Notes: generated by a model not told the origin, from the sequence alone. 54,119 nucleotides of DNA from a virus (IMGVR_UViG_3300022939_001635:1-54119), one strand, 5' to 3'. Positions 19,783-29,369 are shown, numbered from the stretch's first letter. Translations and numbers: made by a program.

Positions 19783-20596
19783 TTATTTCCTTTATTACTT
19801 GCTGTACCCTGTTGTTTGCCCATTTACGTTCTTCGCACCACCAGCACTGTTCGCATTCTGGAATAAACATGCCATCTTTGTAATCTTTAAAATGTCCGCA
19901 GGCATCCTTTACAACATCGTGATGATTTATATCGCCTTCACAACTGCGTGTTGTGTTATACAAATCCAATATATTGTGTATATGATACTGTGCAACAATC
20001 CAATCTTTTTTAACAAATCTAAAAGGATGCACAAATGTAGTATTTACTTTGCCGCTGTAGAACCATAGATCTGTTAATTGTCCATCTTCTGCATCTTTGT
20101 CTCTGTTTGTCATGCGATCTTCACGTAAATCATCAGGATTTTTGCTGGTTGCATTATATACTGCATCTAAATTATATTCCCATCCTGCAAATTTATTAAA
20201 ACTACCAACAATAATTTGGTCTCCGCTACGGCCTTCTATCACAGGACCAATAACTCCATGTTCTAATTCAGGTGGAATATATGTTGTATACCTGTTTTCA
20301 ATAATATAAGGAAACATGTCTTTTAATTTGTTAAAAACTTGCATAGAAATATGCCCTTGCCAGGGCCTTGTTTCCCAACAACGTTGATATGTAATTACAT
20401 CAACTTTAGTGTTTAGATTGTAACGTTGAATAATACTACAAAGCAAATATGTTAATAACGCACTATCTGCTCCGCCACTGAGATTTACACCAACTCTTTG
20501 CCACTTGCTGTCAAACGGAATAGTAAGATGAGACACAGTATGTAGTAATACAGTATCAGCAATATTTTTATAAAGACTATTGTTTGCTTCATACAT
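19772..20596 (-). CDS. QueC-like PP-loop ATPase
   Basis: LSGGADS PP-loop; TRSC...CEQCWWCEER zinc-site-like motif. Confidence 0.75.
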   Translation of the reverse strand: MYEANNSLYKNIADTVLLHTVSHLTIPFDSKWQRVGVNLSGGADSALLTYLLCSIIQRYNLNTKVDVITYQRCWETRPWQGHISMQVFNKLKDMFPYIIENRYTTYIPPELEHGVIGPVIEGRSGDQIIVGSFNKFAGWEYNLDAVYNATSKNPDDLREDRMTNRDKDAEDGQLTDLWFYSGKVNTTFVHPFRFVKKDWIVAQYHIHNILDLYNTTRSCEGDINHHDVVKDACGHFKDYKDGMFIPECEQCWWCEERKWANNRVQQVIKEINEF

Positions 20597-21917
20597 TATA
20601 TACTAGTTCTCCGTCTACAAACTTAAAACGTTGTATATGATCATTGAAGTTTTGATTCCATAATGCGTCTGATTTAGGAATATACTTTAATAATGCTTGA
20701 TAATCTTTATTTGTGGCTTGGTGTTTCATAACATATTCTCGTACTTGCTCAATGGCTTGTAATGCACTGGTAATATCAGTCCACCATCCGTATTTTATTT
20801 CTTCATCCCAAACATAATTATACATTTCTTTGGTTGTAAGTATGTTTTTCCTGCGTTCTTTGTCTATTTTAATAACCGCATTCCTAGCGTTTTCAATTTC
20901 GTTTAAAGTAGGACCTCTAAATTTTAACATCATTACACTTGGATTTAAATATGCAGGTGTATAAACTATACTGCAATTTATGTAATCTAATTCGAGAGAC
21001 AAAAAACCACGCATAACGTCTTCAAATTCCATCAACTGATATACACTTGTAGTACATACCAAGTTGATATGACTGTGCTTGTTATCAACTGCTTTGAATT
21101 TTTCTATGTTTTCTTTTAACTTGTTCCAATCGCCTTGTCTAAAGTATGGATACAATCGAGGACCTGCATCTACACTTATCATTATATTACAATATCCAAA
21201 TTTTTTCAAGAGAAAACTGAGTTTTTCTGGATCAAAATCTGCATTAAAATTACTGTGAAATATAATTTTTATGTTTTTAGCATTTGGGTGTTCACTGAGT
21301 TTTTCAAGTGTAGGCAAAAACTGTTTTTGATATAGTACTTCGCCGCCTGCAAAATCAATGCGTTCCAAGTTAGGAAAGTTTTTGTTTAAATCTTCTGCTA
21401 TTTCCAATGCACGTTTAGTACTGATTTGCATCGTAAAATCGTCATCCATTGATGACCTATGCATACGTCCTGTAAGTTGATGCAATTGATATTTGTGATC
21501 TTCCTCATCGGGCTCATATCCTTTAAGTTTTTTCATCCAACCGCTACTAAACACTTGACTACAATGCAAGCACGCCATATTACAACTATGACTAAAACGT
21601 ATTTCTACTGTTTTTAAACCTTCAAAATCTACTTCACCTGTTTCTGGATTATAATGTTCGAGATCTGCTTCTTGTTCTTGACGCATACTTGTGCCGCTAC
21701 GGTCACGTTCTACATGCTCGCACATGTCGCAACCAAAACTCCATTCACCACGCATCATTTCTAATCTGTGCTTGCGGAATAGTTCATTGTTGTAAAACTC
21801 ACTGGGCAGCCAGGCATCATCTAAAATTTGCATTTTTTCATGCTGCTGCGGACAACTTGTTACAAAGCCATTTTTAAAGTTCAATCCACCTATTGTATAG
21901 TAGCAAGGTAAACTCAT
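20589..21917 (-). CDS. radical SAM protein with N-terminal Twitch-like domain
   Basis: PC...TSC...CDMC; CNMACLHC; AGGEV; HSN; SVD. Confidence 0.88.
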   Translation of the reverse strand: MSLPCYYTIGGLNFKNGFVTSCPQQHEKMQILDDAWLPSEFYNNELFRKHRLEMMRGEWSFGCDMCEHVERDRSGTSMRQEQEADLEHYNPETGEVDFEGLKTVEIRFSHSCNMACLHCSQVFSSGWMKKLKGYEPDEEDHKYQLHQLTGRMHRSSMDDDFTMQISTKRALEIAEDLNKNFPNLERIDFAGGEVLYQKQFLPTLEKLSEHPNAKNIKIIFHSNFNADFDPEKLSFLLKKFGYCNIMISVDAGPRLYPYFRQGDWNKLKENIEKFKAVDNKHSHINLVCTTSVYQLMEFEDVMRGFLSLELDYINCSIVYTPAYLNPSVMMLKFRGPTLNEIENARNAVIKIDKERRKNILTTKEMYNYVWDEEIKYGWWTDITSALQAIEQVREYVMKHQATNKDYQALLKYIPKSDALWNQNFNDHIQRFKFVDGELVYNV

Positions 21918-22765
21918 AAATTCTCCAATAGAAAGCCATTACAATTATCTAATCCCCATTGCTTTTCTTGACAGAAAAAACAATGTCCGCACTCTGGAGG
22001 ATATTGCCTATTGTGTCTGTATTCTTCACCAAACTCTGCAACATCACCTTCGCAACTACGTGTAAGTTTTAGCAAATCCCACTGATTGTAATTATGATAC
22101 TGTGCCATTGTAAAGTTTTTGCGTAATAAACCAAATGGATTGATAGCAGGGCCGCTAATAGCCCAATCCCAATTGTCTTTCATATATTCTTCATTGCGGA
22201 ATGTAGGTTCGTCTTCAGTAGCGAACGGAGGATTCATTGTTATACCTGTATAAATCAAATCGATCTTATACCTATGCATTACATATTCTTGGAAATCCAA
22301 TGTGCATAATACATCACAATTTGCTTCTCTTGGTAATTTTGTAAACAAATGTTCTTTACCCAAACGTGTAAGCGGCACATCTTCAAACTCAGGAGGTAAA
22401 AATCCCCATACTTGTTCTTGTATGATATTTGGAAAACGTGCTTTTAGATAATTGTACACATCTTCTGCCATAGGAGCAAGCCAAGGTTTTTCTTTCCAAA
22501 AACGTACAAGTGTCATACAATAAATTTTATTATTATAATTGTTTTTTTCTATGTAATCACACAGCATGTATGTTAGTATACTGCTGTCTGCACCACCGCT
22601 TAAACTTACAAGTAAGTTTTTCGCATTTGGATCAAAATGCACTGGTAACCCATTTATTCTATGTATATCAGGATATGGACGAAAAAGCATTTCATAAGTT
22701 TTTATAAACTTTTCATCTTTATAACCTGATTCTAAATAGTCAAGATAATGTTTATCGTCCATCAA
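21914..22765 (-). CDS. QueC-like PP-loop ATPase (paralog of 19772..20596)
   Basis: LSGGADS; TRSCEG...CGHCFFCQEK. Shares R-x-W-x-x-x-PW and PPE motifs with the paralog. Confidence 0.75.
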   Translation of the reverse strand: MMDDKHYLDYLESGYKDEKFIKTYEMLFRPYPDIHRINGLPVHFDPNAKNLLVSLSGGADSSILTYMLCDYIEKNNYNNKIYCMTLVRFWKEKPWLAPMAEDVYNYLKARFPNIIQEQVWGFLPPEFEDVPLTRLGKEHLFTKLPREANCDVLCTLDFQEYVMHRYKIDLIYTGITMNPPFATEDEPTFRNEEYMKDNWDWAISGPAINPFGLLRKNFTMAQYHNYNQWDLLKLTRSCEGDVAEFGEEYRHNRQYPPECGHCFFCQEKQWGLDNCNGFLLENL

Positions 22766-24152
22766 ATATGTCCTTCATATCAGGAAATACTTCTGAAAAA
22801 CTGTTACCACGTTGAGCATCGCATCTTTGTAAAAATTCCTCCATCTCTGGCAAACGTCTACTCCAGTCTTCGCTTTCCATAAAACTTAACATGCCTTTTA
22901 GTCGTTTTATACCATAAGGTGCAGCATCAAACATGTCTTTAGTAATCTTGCCTTTGTGCCAAACAGGCACACCAAGTTCCCAGTTTTCTTCCCACCAAGG
23001 ATAAAATTCTTCATATTTCTTACGCACTTCTGCTTTAAACCATTCTGGTAATACTTTTACATTCAAGTGTGGCGGATGATACACAAAGTGATAATTTATT
23101 CCACCTGCACCAAATGGCCACATATTGATTTTGTTAAAGTTTTGTGTTAGTTTCCATTTTATAAAGTCTGGCAAATAATAAATGTTTAGAGCTTGTACTG
23201 CACAAGCAATTGTAACTTCTACATTATTGCTTGTTTCTTTATCTAATATATGAAATACTTCTTCTGTGCGTTTCCACTTACTTGGGTAACGAATATAATC
23301 ATTCATTTCATGTATGCTATCTACACTATAATGAAAACGCACTAATTTAAATTCTTTCCATAAATCAAATAAGTCTTCACGCCACTCTACACCATTTGAG
23401 TTATAACGCAGTTCCAAATCTTTTGCTATACCTTGACGTATTGCTTCTTCAAGTATTTCATAATGTTCTTCAATGATAAGACTTTCGCCGCCTGCAAAAT
23501 AAATTTGCTGCATATTTGGCATTTGCTCATAAAACTGTTCCCAGAACACAGGATTTTGCTTGTGCCAGTTGTAACTACTGCCATTGGTGCTGCCTTTGTC
23601 TTGCCATTGCATTGTTTCTTTTAAAGATTCATTTTTTACTTCTGGAAATATCTTTTTGTAGTCTTTAATCCATCCGCTTGAATCGTGTGGGCTACACATT
23701 ACACAAGCAAGTTGACATTTTGTACCAAAACGTAAATCAATATATGCTAATTGCGGTGGTACTTCTCCGTCCTCAGTTGTATTTGCAAGAAGTTCATCTA
23801 CATTAGTTCTTTGACTCCAGTATGCAGTTTCCCACATACGTTTGGAATTGTGTCCTGCTTCTTCTTCTTTGTAACACTTTAAGCAACTAGGTGGCTTTTC
23901 ACCGTTCATCATTTGCTTGCGCACATTTTTCATATATTTGCTGTTCCAAGCAGTTTGAAAATCTGTAACATTTAAGTTGTTTGGTTTGCCGTCATCTGTT
24001 TTGAGAATACCAACTTGTCCGCCGTGTTCTTTGTCATTGGTAGGGCCAACACTTGATGCATTTGCTGTACAACACACACGCATACTACCGTCTGGCCTTG
24101 TACTTAGATGCACCCAAGGAAGGATGCAGAATGTATCACTAACTTTAGTCAT
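22752..24152 (-). CDS. radical SAM protein with N-terminal Twitch-like domain
   Basis: FCILPW...RVCC...CLKC; CQLACVMC; AGGES; YNSNG; SVDS; YIRYPS; CDAQRG. Confidence 0.92.
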   Translation of the reverse strand: MTKVSDTFCILPWVHLSTRPDGSMRVCCTANASSVGPTNDKEHGGQVGILKTDDGKPNNLNVTDFQTAWNSKYMKNVRKQMMNGEKPPSCLKCYKEEEAGHNSKRMWETAYWSQRTNVDELLANTTEDGEVPPQLAYIDLRFGTKCQLACVMCSPHDSSGWIKDYKKIFPEVKNESLKETMQWQDKGSTNGSSYNWHKQNPVFWEQFYEQMPNMQQIYFAGGESLIIEEHYEILEEAIRQGIAKDLELRYNSNGVEWREDLFDLWKEFKLVRFHYSVDSIHEMNDYIRYPSKWKRTEEVFHILDKETSNNVEVTIACAVQALNIYYLPDFIKWKLTQNFNKINMWPFGAGGINYHFVYHPPHLNVKVLPEWFKAEVRKKYEEFYPWWEENWELGVPVWHKGKITKDMFDAAPYGIKRLKGMLSFMESEDWSRRLPEMEEFLQRCDAQRGNSFSEVFPDMKDIFDGR

Positions 24153-24885
24153 TTACTGCCTTTTCTATCATAGGTTTTATATACACTTCAACTAATTCAT
24201 ATTGTGCTTCATTTGTTAAATGGGCTTCGTCTGGTCCAATATGTTCTCGTTTTTTATTACCTTTTATATTTCTAAAATATTCTAATGCACTAGGTATAGT
24301 ATGATGATCGCCTACTCTACCTGGTCGTGGATCATACACCCAAACTATTGGACGTATTTTTAAATGTTTACAAAGTGTTTTTGTTGCATGAACATCAATA
24401 AGACCTTGCATATAGAATTGTTTTGCTCTTACCAACATTAGGTTAATATCACACCAAGTTTTTGCTTTTTTAAGCGGAACATCTCCTAATACTGTATTTT
24501 TCCAACGTTTTTCATTCAACCACGGTGTATAATAGACATTTCTGTGCTTCATAAATCTTGGATAAAAGTTTTTAATTTTGCTCGGATCTTGTCCAACTTC
24601 TCTTTCCATTTTATCAAACCAGTATGAACCATCATGGAAACTTTTGTGTGTTCTATTTTCTACATTTTCAATTAACAGGTGAGTAATATTATATGTTTCT
24701 TTCAAATAAACAGTATATTGTAAAAAACGTTCACTTCCAAAACCTTGGAAAGCACAATTTATAAAATCATAATCGGGCATAAAATGTTTACACACATCTG
24801 CCATGTCATCACTCACTTGATTAGAGTCTTGATGATTATTTCCTTTACTGTTGCTACTACCAATTATTCCAACTTTAATGTCCAT
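24145..24885 (-). CDS. divergent SGNH-like protein
   Basis: VGIIGSSNS, NCAFQGFGS, C-terminal DEAH (DxxH). Confidence 0.5.
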   Translation of the reverse strand: MDIKVGIIGSSNSKGNNHQDSNQVSDDMADVCKHFMPDYDFINCAFQGFGSERFLQYTVYLKETYNITHLLIENVENRTHKSFHDGSYWFDKMEREVGQDPSKIKNFYPRFMKHRNVYYTPWLNEKRWKNTVLGDVPLKKAKTWCDINLMLVRAKQFYMQGLIDVHATKTLCKHLKIRPIVWVYDPRPGRVGDHHTIPSALEYFRNIKGNKKREHIGPDEAHLTNEAQYELVEVYIKPMIEKAVND

Positions 24886-24896
24886 ACTGTACTTAG

Positions 24897-25940
24897 TTAA
24901 TTATGTACGTAGTTTATTTCATTATGATATGCTTTGTTTTTTGCACATGTTCTAATACACCTAGTAAAATGCAACGGATGTGTAGGTTCCCAACTTGCTT
25001 CTAAAAGTTCACTAAACCATTCATGTTTCTGTATTTCTTTTATACTATGATGTTGTAAACTATTCCAATTTGGATCAAAGTGATTGAGTTTATCAACAAT
25101 TCTCTCTTTGTTTTTAAATGCACTATCCCACAAAAAACAACAAGGCCACATAGTTTGATCACTTGCTATAAAAATTTCATTTTCATGAATGTACTTGCAA
25201 ACAACAGTTTTTAATATTTCTTCAGTATTTTTTCTGTCTGCTTTATTTGCCTTATATTCTGTAATAAATTTATCTAAATCTTTTACAACATCTTTTTTAC
25301 TGTGTTCTTTTTTACCTGTTGTTGTAATTTTTTGTTCTACTTTGTTGTCTTTTTTTCCAAGTTTTGCAATCCAATCATGATAACTGTTGCGCATACCTGT
25401 GCGAGTTGCAAATTCAAATCCTAATACTGCTGCATTTGCTTTGGCTGTTGCTAGTTCATGTTCATTGTGATCAAATACAATGTATATCCAAGTGGCATGC
25501 TTTTCTGGTGCTGCTTGAGAAAATGCTATTATGTTACGTTCTACGATATTCCATTTGGTATTGACTCGATATATGTGATTTGTTTCTTTGTGTCCGTCTA
25601 TACAAAAATGTATGTGTACTAAACCAGGATGCTGTGCTGCTACATTTCCTAGTTCTGTCCACCAATTTGCTGTATTATACCCGCCGTTTGTGCTAACTTC
25701 ACAATAACCGCCCAAATCAGTTAAATATTTTATCATATCCAAAAAGTCAGGATTAACAATTGGATCTCCTAACACACCACAAAATTTAAATTCATATCCA
25801 GTGTAATCATGTGTAGGAAAAATACGTTGTAAATCTGCTAAACTAAAACTATTGATTTGTAGTTTGTCTTTGTTAAGTGTTCTAGCACAGCCAGGACAAG
25901 CTGCATTGCAATCACTGGTAATTTCTAGTTCTACTTTCAC
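24897..25940 (-). CDS. radical SAM protein with C-terminal Twitch/SPASM-like domain
   Basis: CNAACPGC; GVLGDP; STNG; CIDG; C-terminal VC...WPCC...CIRTC. GTG start in a GTGA overlap. Confidence 0.9.
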   Translation of the reverse strand: MKVELEITSDCNAACPGCARTLNKDKLQINSFSLADLQRIFPTHDYTGYEFKFCGVLGDPIVNPDFLDMIKYLTDLGGYCEVSTNGGYNTANWWTELGNVAAQHPGLVHIHFCIDGHKETNHIYRVNTKWNIVERNIIAFSQAAPEKHATWIYIVFDHNEHELATAKANAAVLGFEFATRTGMRNSYHDWIAKLGKKDNKVEQKITTTGKKEHSKKDVVKDLDKFITEYKANKADRKNTEEILKTVVCKYIHENEIFIASDQTMWPCCFLWDSAFKNKERIVDKLNHFDPNWNSLQHHSIKEIQKHEWFSELLEASWEPTHPLHFTRCIRTCAKNKAYHNEINYVHN

Positions 25941-27016
25941 TTAAACTGCGCTCCAAACGGATCAAACTCTTTACCACATTTCATACTACACACTTTTAAT
26001 TTGCCATCAGCACAACTCGACTTGTTCCAACTGTTTTCTATGTTATCAAATATACCTGTGTCAAACACTGCACGTAATCCATGAGTCTTAGCACTGATTG
26101 CATCTTTGCCGCCTACAGCATCAATAAAGTCCCATACTTGTTCTACCTTAGGGTCTTTGTGCCACCACTTGTACATGCGTCCGGCAGTCCAACAACAAGG
26201 CATAGCAAGTCCTTCTGCTGTTATAAACAAGTTACCTTCGTCTTTTACTTTACATTGTATTTCAGCACGATCATAATATGCATCCATACTACCGTGTTTG
26301 TCTTTTACTTTGTCGTACTGTTTTATTGCATCATTTTGAAACTCTTCTTTTGGCTTAGATAACTTTTGTGTTTCTTTGCCTTTGCGATTTACCGCTTGAT
26401 GCGATTCTTTCTTTTCACTGCTGGCGGTGACAAATCTTCCTGTTTTCTTTTTTATAAATCTTTCACATCCCCAAGAATTTGCTAATGCTTCTGCTTCTTC
26501 AACTTGATGTTGGTTGTGTTCAAATATTAGAAAATCCCAACGTGCTCTTCCACCAGCATCTATAAATGCCCGCATATTGCGTTCTACATTGTCCCAGACA
26601 ACACCCTGCCTGTATAAATGATTAGTGTCACTAAGACCATCCACGCTGAAAATAACAGCACCCATTCTACCAAAGACTTTGGCCAATTCACGCCACCACG
26701 CTTCATCTTTTGCTCCTGCATTTGTATTCATACTGAGCCACATTTTACTGTTATGCTCTCTAAAGTATTTGAATATATCAAGTGTATCACGGGCAACAAT
26801 AGGATCTCCTAAGTTGCCACACATATACATAGTTTCAAGTTGTGCAATAAATTCTGGTTCAAAAATACGCTTACAATCATCTAAGGTTAATTCGCTTAAA
26901 TCAATATGTGGATTTAATGCTCCGCCATTTTGATTGCGATCACACATTGGACAACTTGCTTGACAATTTTGTGTGTTTTCTAAGTGAATAACACGTATAT
27001 CTTTATAATTATACAT
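25937..27016 (-). CDS. radical SAM protein with C-terminal Twitch/SPASM-like domain
   Basis: CQASCPMC; GNLGDP; NTNAG; SVDG; C-terminal QC...MPCC...CSMKC. Confidence 0.9.
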   Translation of the reverse strand: MYNYKDIRVIHLENTQNCQASCPMCDRNQNGGALNPHIDLSELTLDDCKRIFEPEFIAQLETMYMCGNLGDPIVARDTLDIFKYFREHNSKMWLSMNTNAGAKDEAWWRELAKVFGRMGAVIFSVDGLSDTNHLYRQGVVWDNVERNMRAFIDAGGRARWDFLIFEHNQHQVEEAEALANSWGCERFIKKKTGRFVTASSEKKESHQAVNRKGKETQKLSKPKEEFQNDAIKQYDKVKDKHGSMDAYYDRAEIQCKVKDEGNLFITAEGLAMPCCWTAGRMYKWWHKDPKVEQVWDFIDAVGGKDAISAKTHGLRAVFDTGIFDNIENSWNKSSCADGKLKVCSMKCGKEFDPFGAQFK

Positions 27017-27233
27017 CGTATATCAACTTTACATCTTTACCAGGACCAGTTTTACTTGGCAAATCGCCATATTGCTCTATGTACCATTCAATAACTGCTT
27101 TGTACCAATTTTGACTATTATGATGTGCTTTTTTGTTAAACTGCCAAATGTTATTATTCGTTGCTTGCATGGTACTTAGAGCCCTTGCACTTTCTTTTTG
27201 CAATTGCCTAACATCTAAATCATTTATATCCAA
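27009..27233 (-). CDS. small hypothetical protein (74 aa)
   Basis: Fills the gap in the operon and overlaps both neighbours. No motif recognised. Confidence 0.7.
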   Translation of the reverse strand: MDINDLDVRQLQKESARALSTMQATNNNIWQFNKKAHHNSQNWYKAVIEWYIEQYGDLPSKTGPGKDVKLIYDV

Positions 27234-28263
27234 TTTTCATAAACCTTTTGTATCTCGGTAGTTCTAACTCGCCTTCGTATAAAACTTTACTCATAGGTGA
27301 TTTTTCACTAAATTCATCTAATGTTTTACTACAATTTACATGTTCTTCTATTTCAAAATAATTATTTCCTTGCACTATTATTAGTTGTTTATCCAATATA
27401 TTATCATACCAGTTTTTATAATCTTCTATATGTTCTGTGCTTGTATTGATAACAGTATTAGGATAACCCCATAGTGTTTCAGTTGTTCCGTCTAATTTGT
27501 TTACATCATATATATGTTCTTCAAACATAATTTCGTGAATATCTTGTGTTGAAGCTTTAAACTTCCAATCTTCTAACACCCATTTTTTATTAAACGTTTC
27601 TGCAATTTTCCAAACAGTAGGATCGCTATCAAAACTAACAATTTTATTTACAGGTATTTTACTTTCAAAAAGCATTGTCGCTAGTGTAGCATACCAACCT
27701 GCACATAAAAATACTGTGCCTAAATTTAAGTCTAAATTTTCAACTGTATTTACTAACCAAAGTTTACTTTTTATTTGACCCTGACTAAGACAATCTTTAT
27801 CAAATTTAACTTTATTTGTAACTAAATCCTTTAAACCTTTTACAAAATAGCTATCGGTATATTTTTGTAAAAGTTTGAACATACTCCAAATATTATCATC
27901 TAAAACAAGTTTACGCAAATCTTCATTGTCTAACAATCTAAACAAACTGTGCATGTTGTCTTCAATAGTGGCTTTTCGTAAATCATCATTGCCTGGTAGT
28001 AATCTGAACAAACTGTGTAAATTATCTTCAAGAATTGCTTTACGCAGATCTTCAACTTCGCCAATACAGCGTTTATTGGTAATCAATCTAAAAATACTAT
28101 GAACATTTTTTTCAACTACAATTTTTCTTAATTCTTCATTATTGCAAAGTCTAAAAATACTAGATAAATCTTGATCAATGTATGCACGTCTTAAATCGCC
28201 AAAGTTATTGTCGTTTGGATTTAACAGTTCAAATCTATCTAAAATTTCATATAGTTCCATCAA
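27220..28263 (-). CDS. class I SAM-dependent methyltransferase-like protein with N-terminal helical repeats
   Basis: GQIKSKLWL, VFLCAGWYA (motif I-like), SFDSD, VINTSTEH, plus five N-terminal repeats. Confidence 0.65.
   Translation of the reverse strand: MMELYEILDRFELLNPNDNNFGDLRRAYIDQDLSSIFRLCNNEELRKIVVEKNVHSIFRLITNKRCIGEVEDLRKAILEDNLHSLFRLLPGNDDLRKATIEDNMHSLFRLLDNEDLRKLVLDDNIWSMFKLLQKYTDSYFVKGLKDLVTNKVKFDKDCLSQGQIKSKLWLVNTVENLDLNLGTVFLCAGWYATLATMLFESKIPVNKIVSFDSDPTVWKIAETFNKKWVLEDWKFKASTQDIHEIMFEEHIYDVNKLDGTTETLWGYPNTVINTSTEHIEDYKNWYDNILDKQLIIVQGNNYFEIEEHVNCSKTLDEFSEKSPMSKVLYEGELELPRYKRFMKIGYK
27868..28197 (-). repeat. five intragenic tandem repeats of ~20-28 aa, consensus (D/E)LRK-x4-DNxHS(I/L)FRL
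   Basis: DLRRAYIDQDLSSIFRL / ELRKIVVEKNVHSIFRL / DLRKAILEDNLHSLFRL / DLRKATIEDNMHSLFRL / DLRKLVLDDNIWSMFKL. Units 3 and 4 are still similar at DNA level (~27935-28050). Confidence 0.85.
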
Positions 28264-29299
28264 ACTTTTCCTTTAACCAGTCAAAGTCGTTTATCTTTTT
28301 AAGTGCTTCTATATCATTTCTAAATCTTGCTCCATAAGCAGCACCTGCTTTGGCACCTTTTTTTGCAAACTCTGAAAATTCTACATCAGGCTTAGTATAT
28401 GTACACCATACACGCAACCTTGTGTTTGTTTCATCGTCTTTTTGTCTATCAATAATTTTACTCGACAATTTTACGCACTCTCTAAACGCACCTTTCCATG
28501 TGTTAAACGGATCACTATTAAAAGCAGTAATATTTGATACTTTATTTACGGCTACAAATTTATTACTAATACTTGTAGTCATATCAGGTTTTGTCAAATC
28601 CATTTCAATAGTTTGAGTTCTTGGTAGTAATTTTACGCCGCCGTATCCATATATCAATCCGTTAATAGGATTTTCACTACGCCATACATGAACTGCGTCC
28701 CAATTGTGTGCTTCAGGCGAATAATTAAAATGCCAATAATCAGTTAGTTGTGCATCGCCATCAACAACATAAAACATTCTACTATTACAAAGTTTAGCAG
28801 CTTCTATGTGTGCTTGGTGTATTCCTTTTACACCGTGTACACGTTTTACATCAGGAAAACGTTCTAGTATACGTTCATAATTTTCATCAGCATTTGGTTC
28901 ATTGTAACTGATAAACACTGCGTCAAATTTTTCTATACGAGGTCTACTAGCAACAATAGGTACAAATTTTTTGTTTACATAAAATCTTGACTTTAGTTCA
29001 CCGGGTCCGTGATGACTATTTTTTGGCATTAATGCAACACCGTCATAAAAGTCTTCTGTATAATACGGCCGTTCATTAATAAAAACGTGTGTCATGTCCT
29101 GACTATATTCATCAGGCACATATTTAAAATCAAAATTTTCGTGCACCACTAAGTCATGATAAACAATCCAAACAAATTTTGTTAAACATTTTTGTTTAGC
29201 TTCTTGTACTGTTTGAGCATGTTTTGCAGTAGGAAAACGTTTTTTTAGATTCCTGTAACTGCTCCAGTTTGATTGACCAATTAAATATATATCATACAT
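28247..29299 (-). CDS. glycosyltransferase-like protein (GT-A fold, internally duplicated)
   Basis: C-terminal half has FISYNEPNA, AHIEAA, VVDGD (DxD), YGGVKL, AFRE. The N-terminal half is a degenerate copy. Confidence 0.6.
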   Translation of the reverse strand: MYDIYLIGQSNWSSYRNLKKRFPTAKHAQTVQEAKQKCLTKFVWIVYHDLVVHENFDFKYVPDEYSQDMTHVFINERPYYTEDFYDGVALMPKNSHHGPGELKSRFYVNKKFVPIVASRPRIEKFDAVFISYNEPNADENYERILERFPDVKRVHGVKGIHQAHIEAAKLCNSRMFYVVDGDAQLTDYWHFNYSPEAHNWDAVHVWRSENPINGLIYGYGGVKLLPRTQTIEMDLTKPDMTTSISNKFVAVNKVSNITAFNSDPFNTWKGAFRECVKLSSKIIDRQKDDETNTRLRVWCTYTKPDVEFSEFAKKGAKAGAAYGARFRNDIEALKKINDFDWLKEKFDGTI

Positions 29300-29305
29300 A
29301 TTGTA

Positions 29306-29334
29306 ATTATATGATAACTTAACTTCGAAGTCAA
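29306..29334 (-). promoter_or_regulatory. sigma70-type promoter, probably leaderless, heading the 30-gene run
   Basis: TTGACT (29334-29329), 17-nt spacer, TATAAT (29311-29306). ATG at 29299 follows after only 6 nt, with no SD. Confidence 0.8.
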
Positions 29335-29344
29335 GAACAGAATA

Positions 29345-29352
29345 GATAAATA
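29345..29352 (+). promoter_or_regulatory. T4-late-like promoter motif GATAAATA
   Basis: 17 nt upstream of ATG 29370, with GGAGG in between. The identical motif precedes two other structural genes. Confidence 0.6.
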
Positions 29353-29369
29353 ATGTAGCGGAGGACGTT

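Noticed and set aside
19772-22765. Assigning the symbol queC
   Set aside because: Two diverged copies and no pathway partners in the window, so only family-level similarity is supported.
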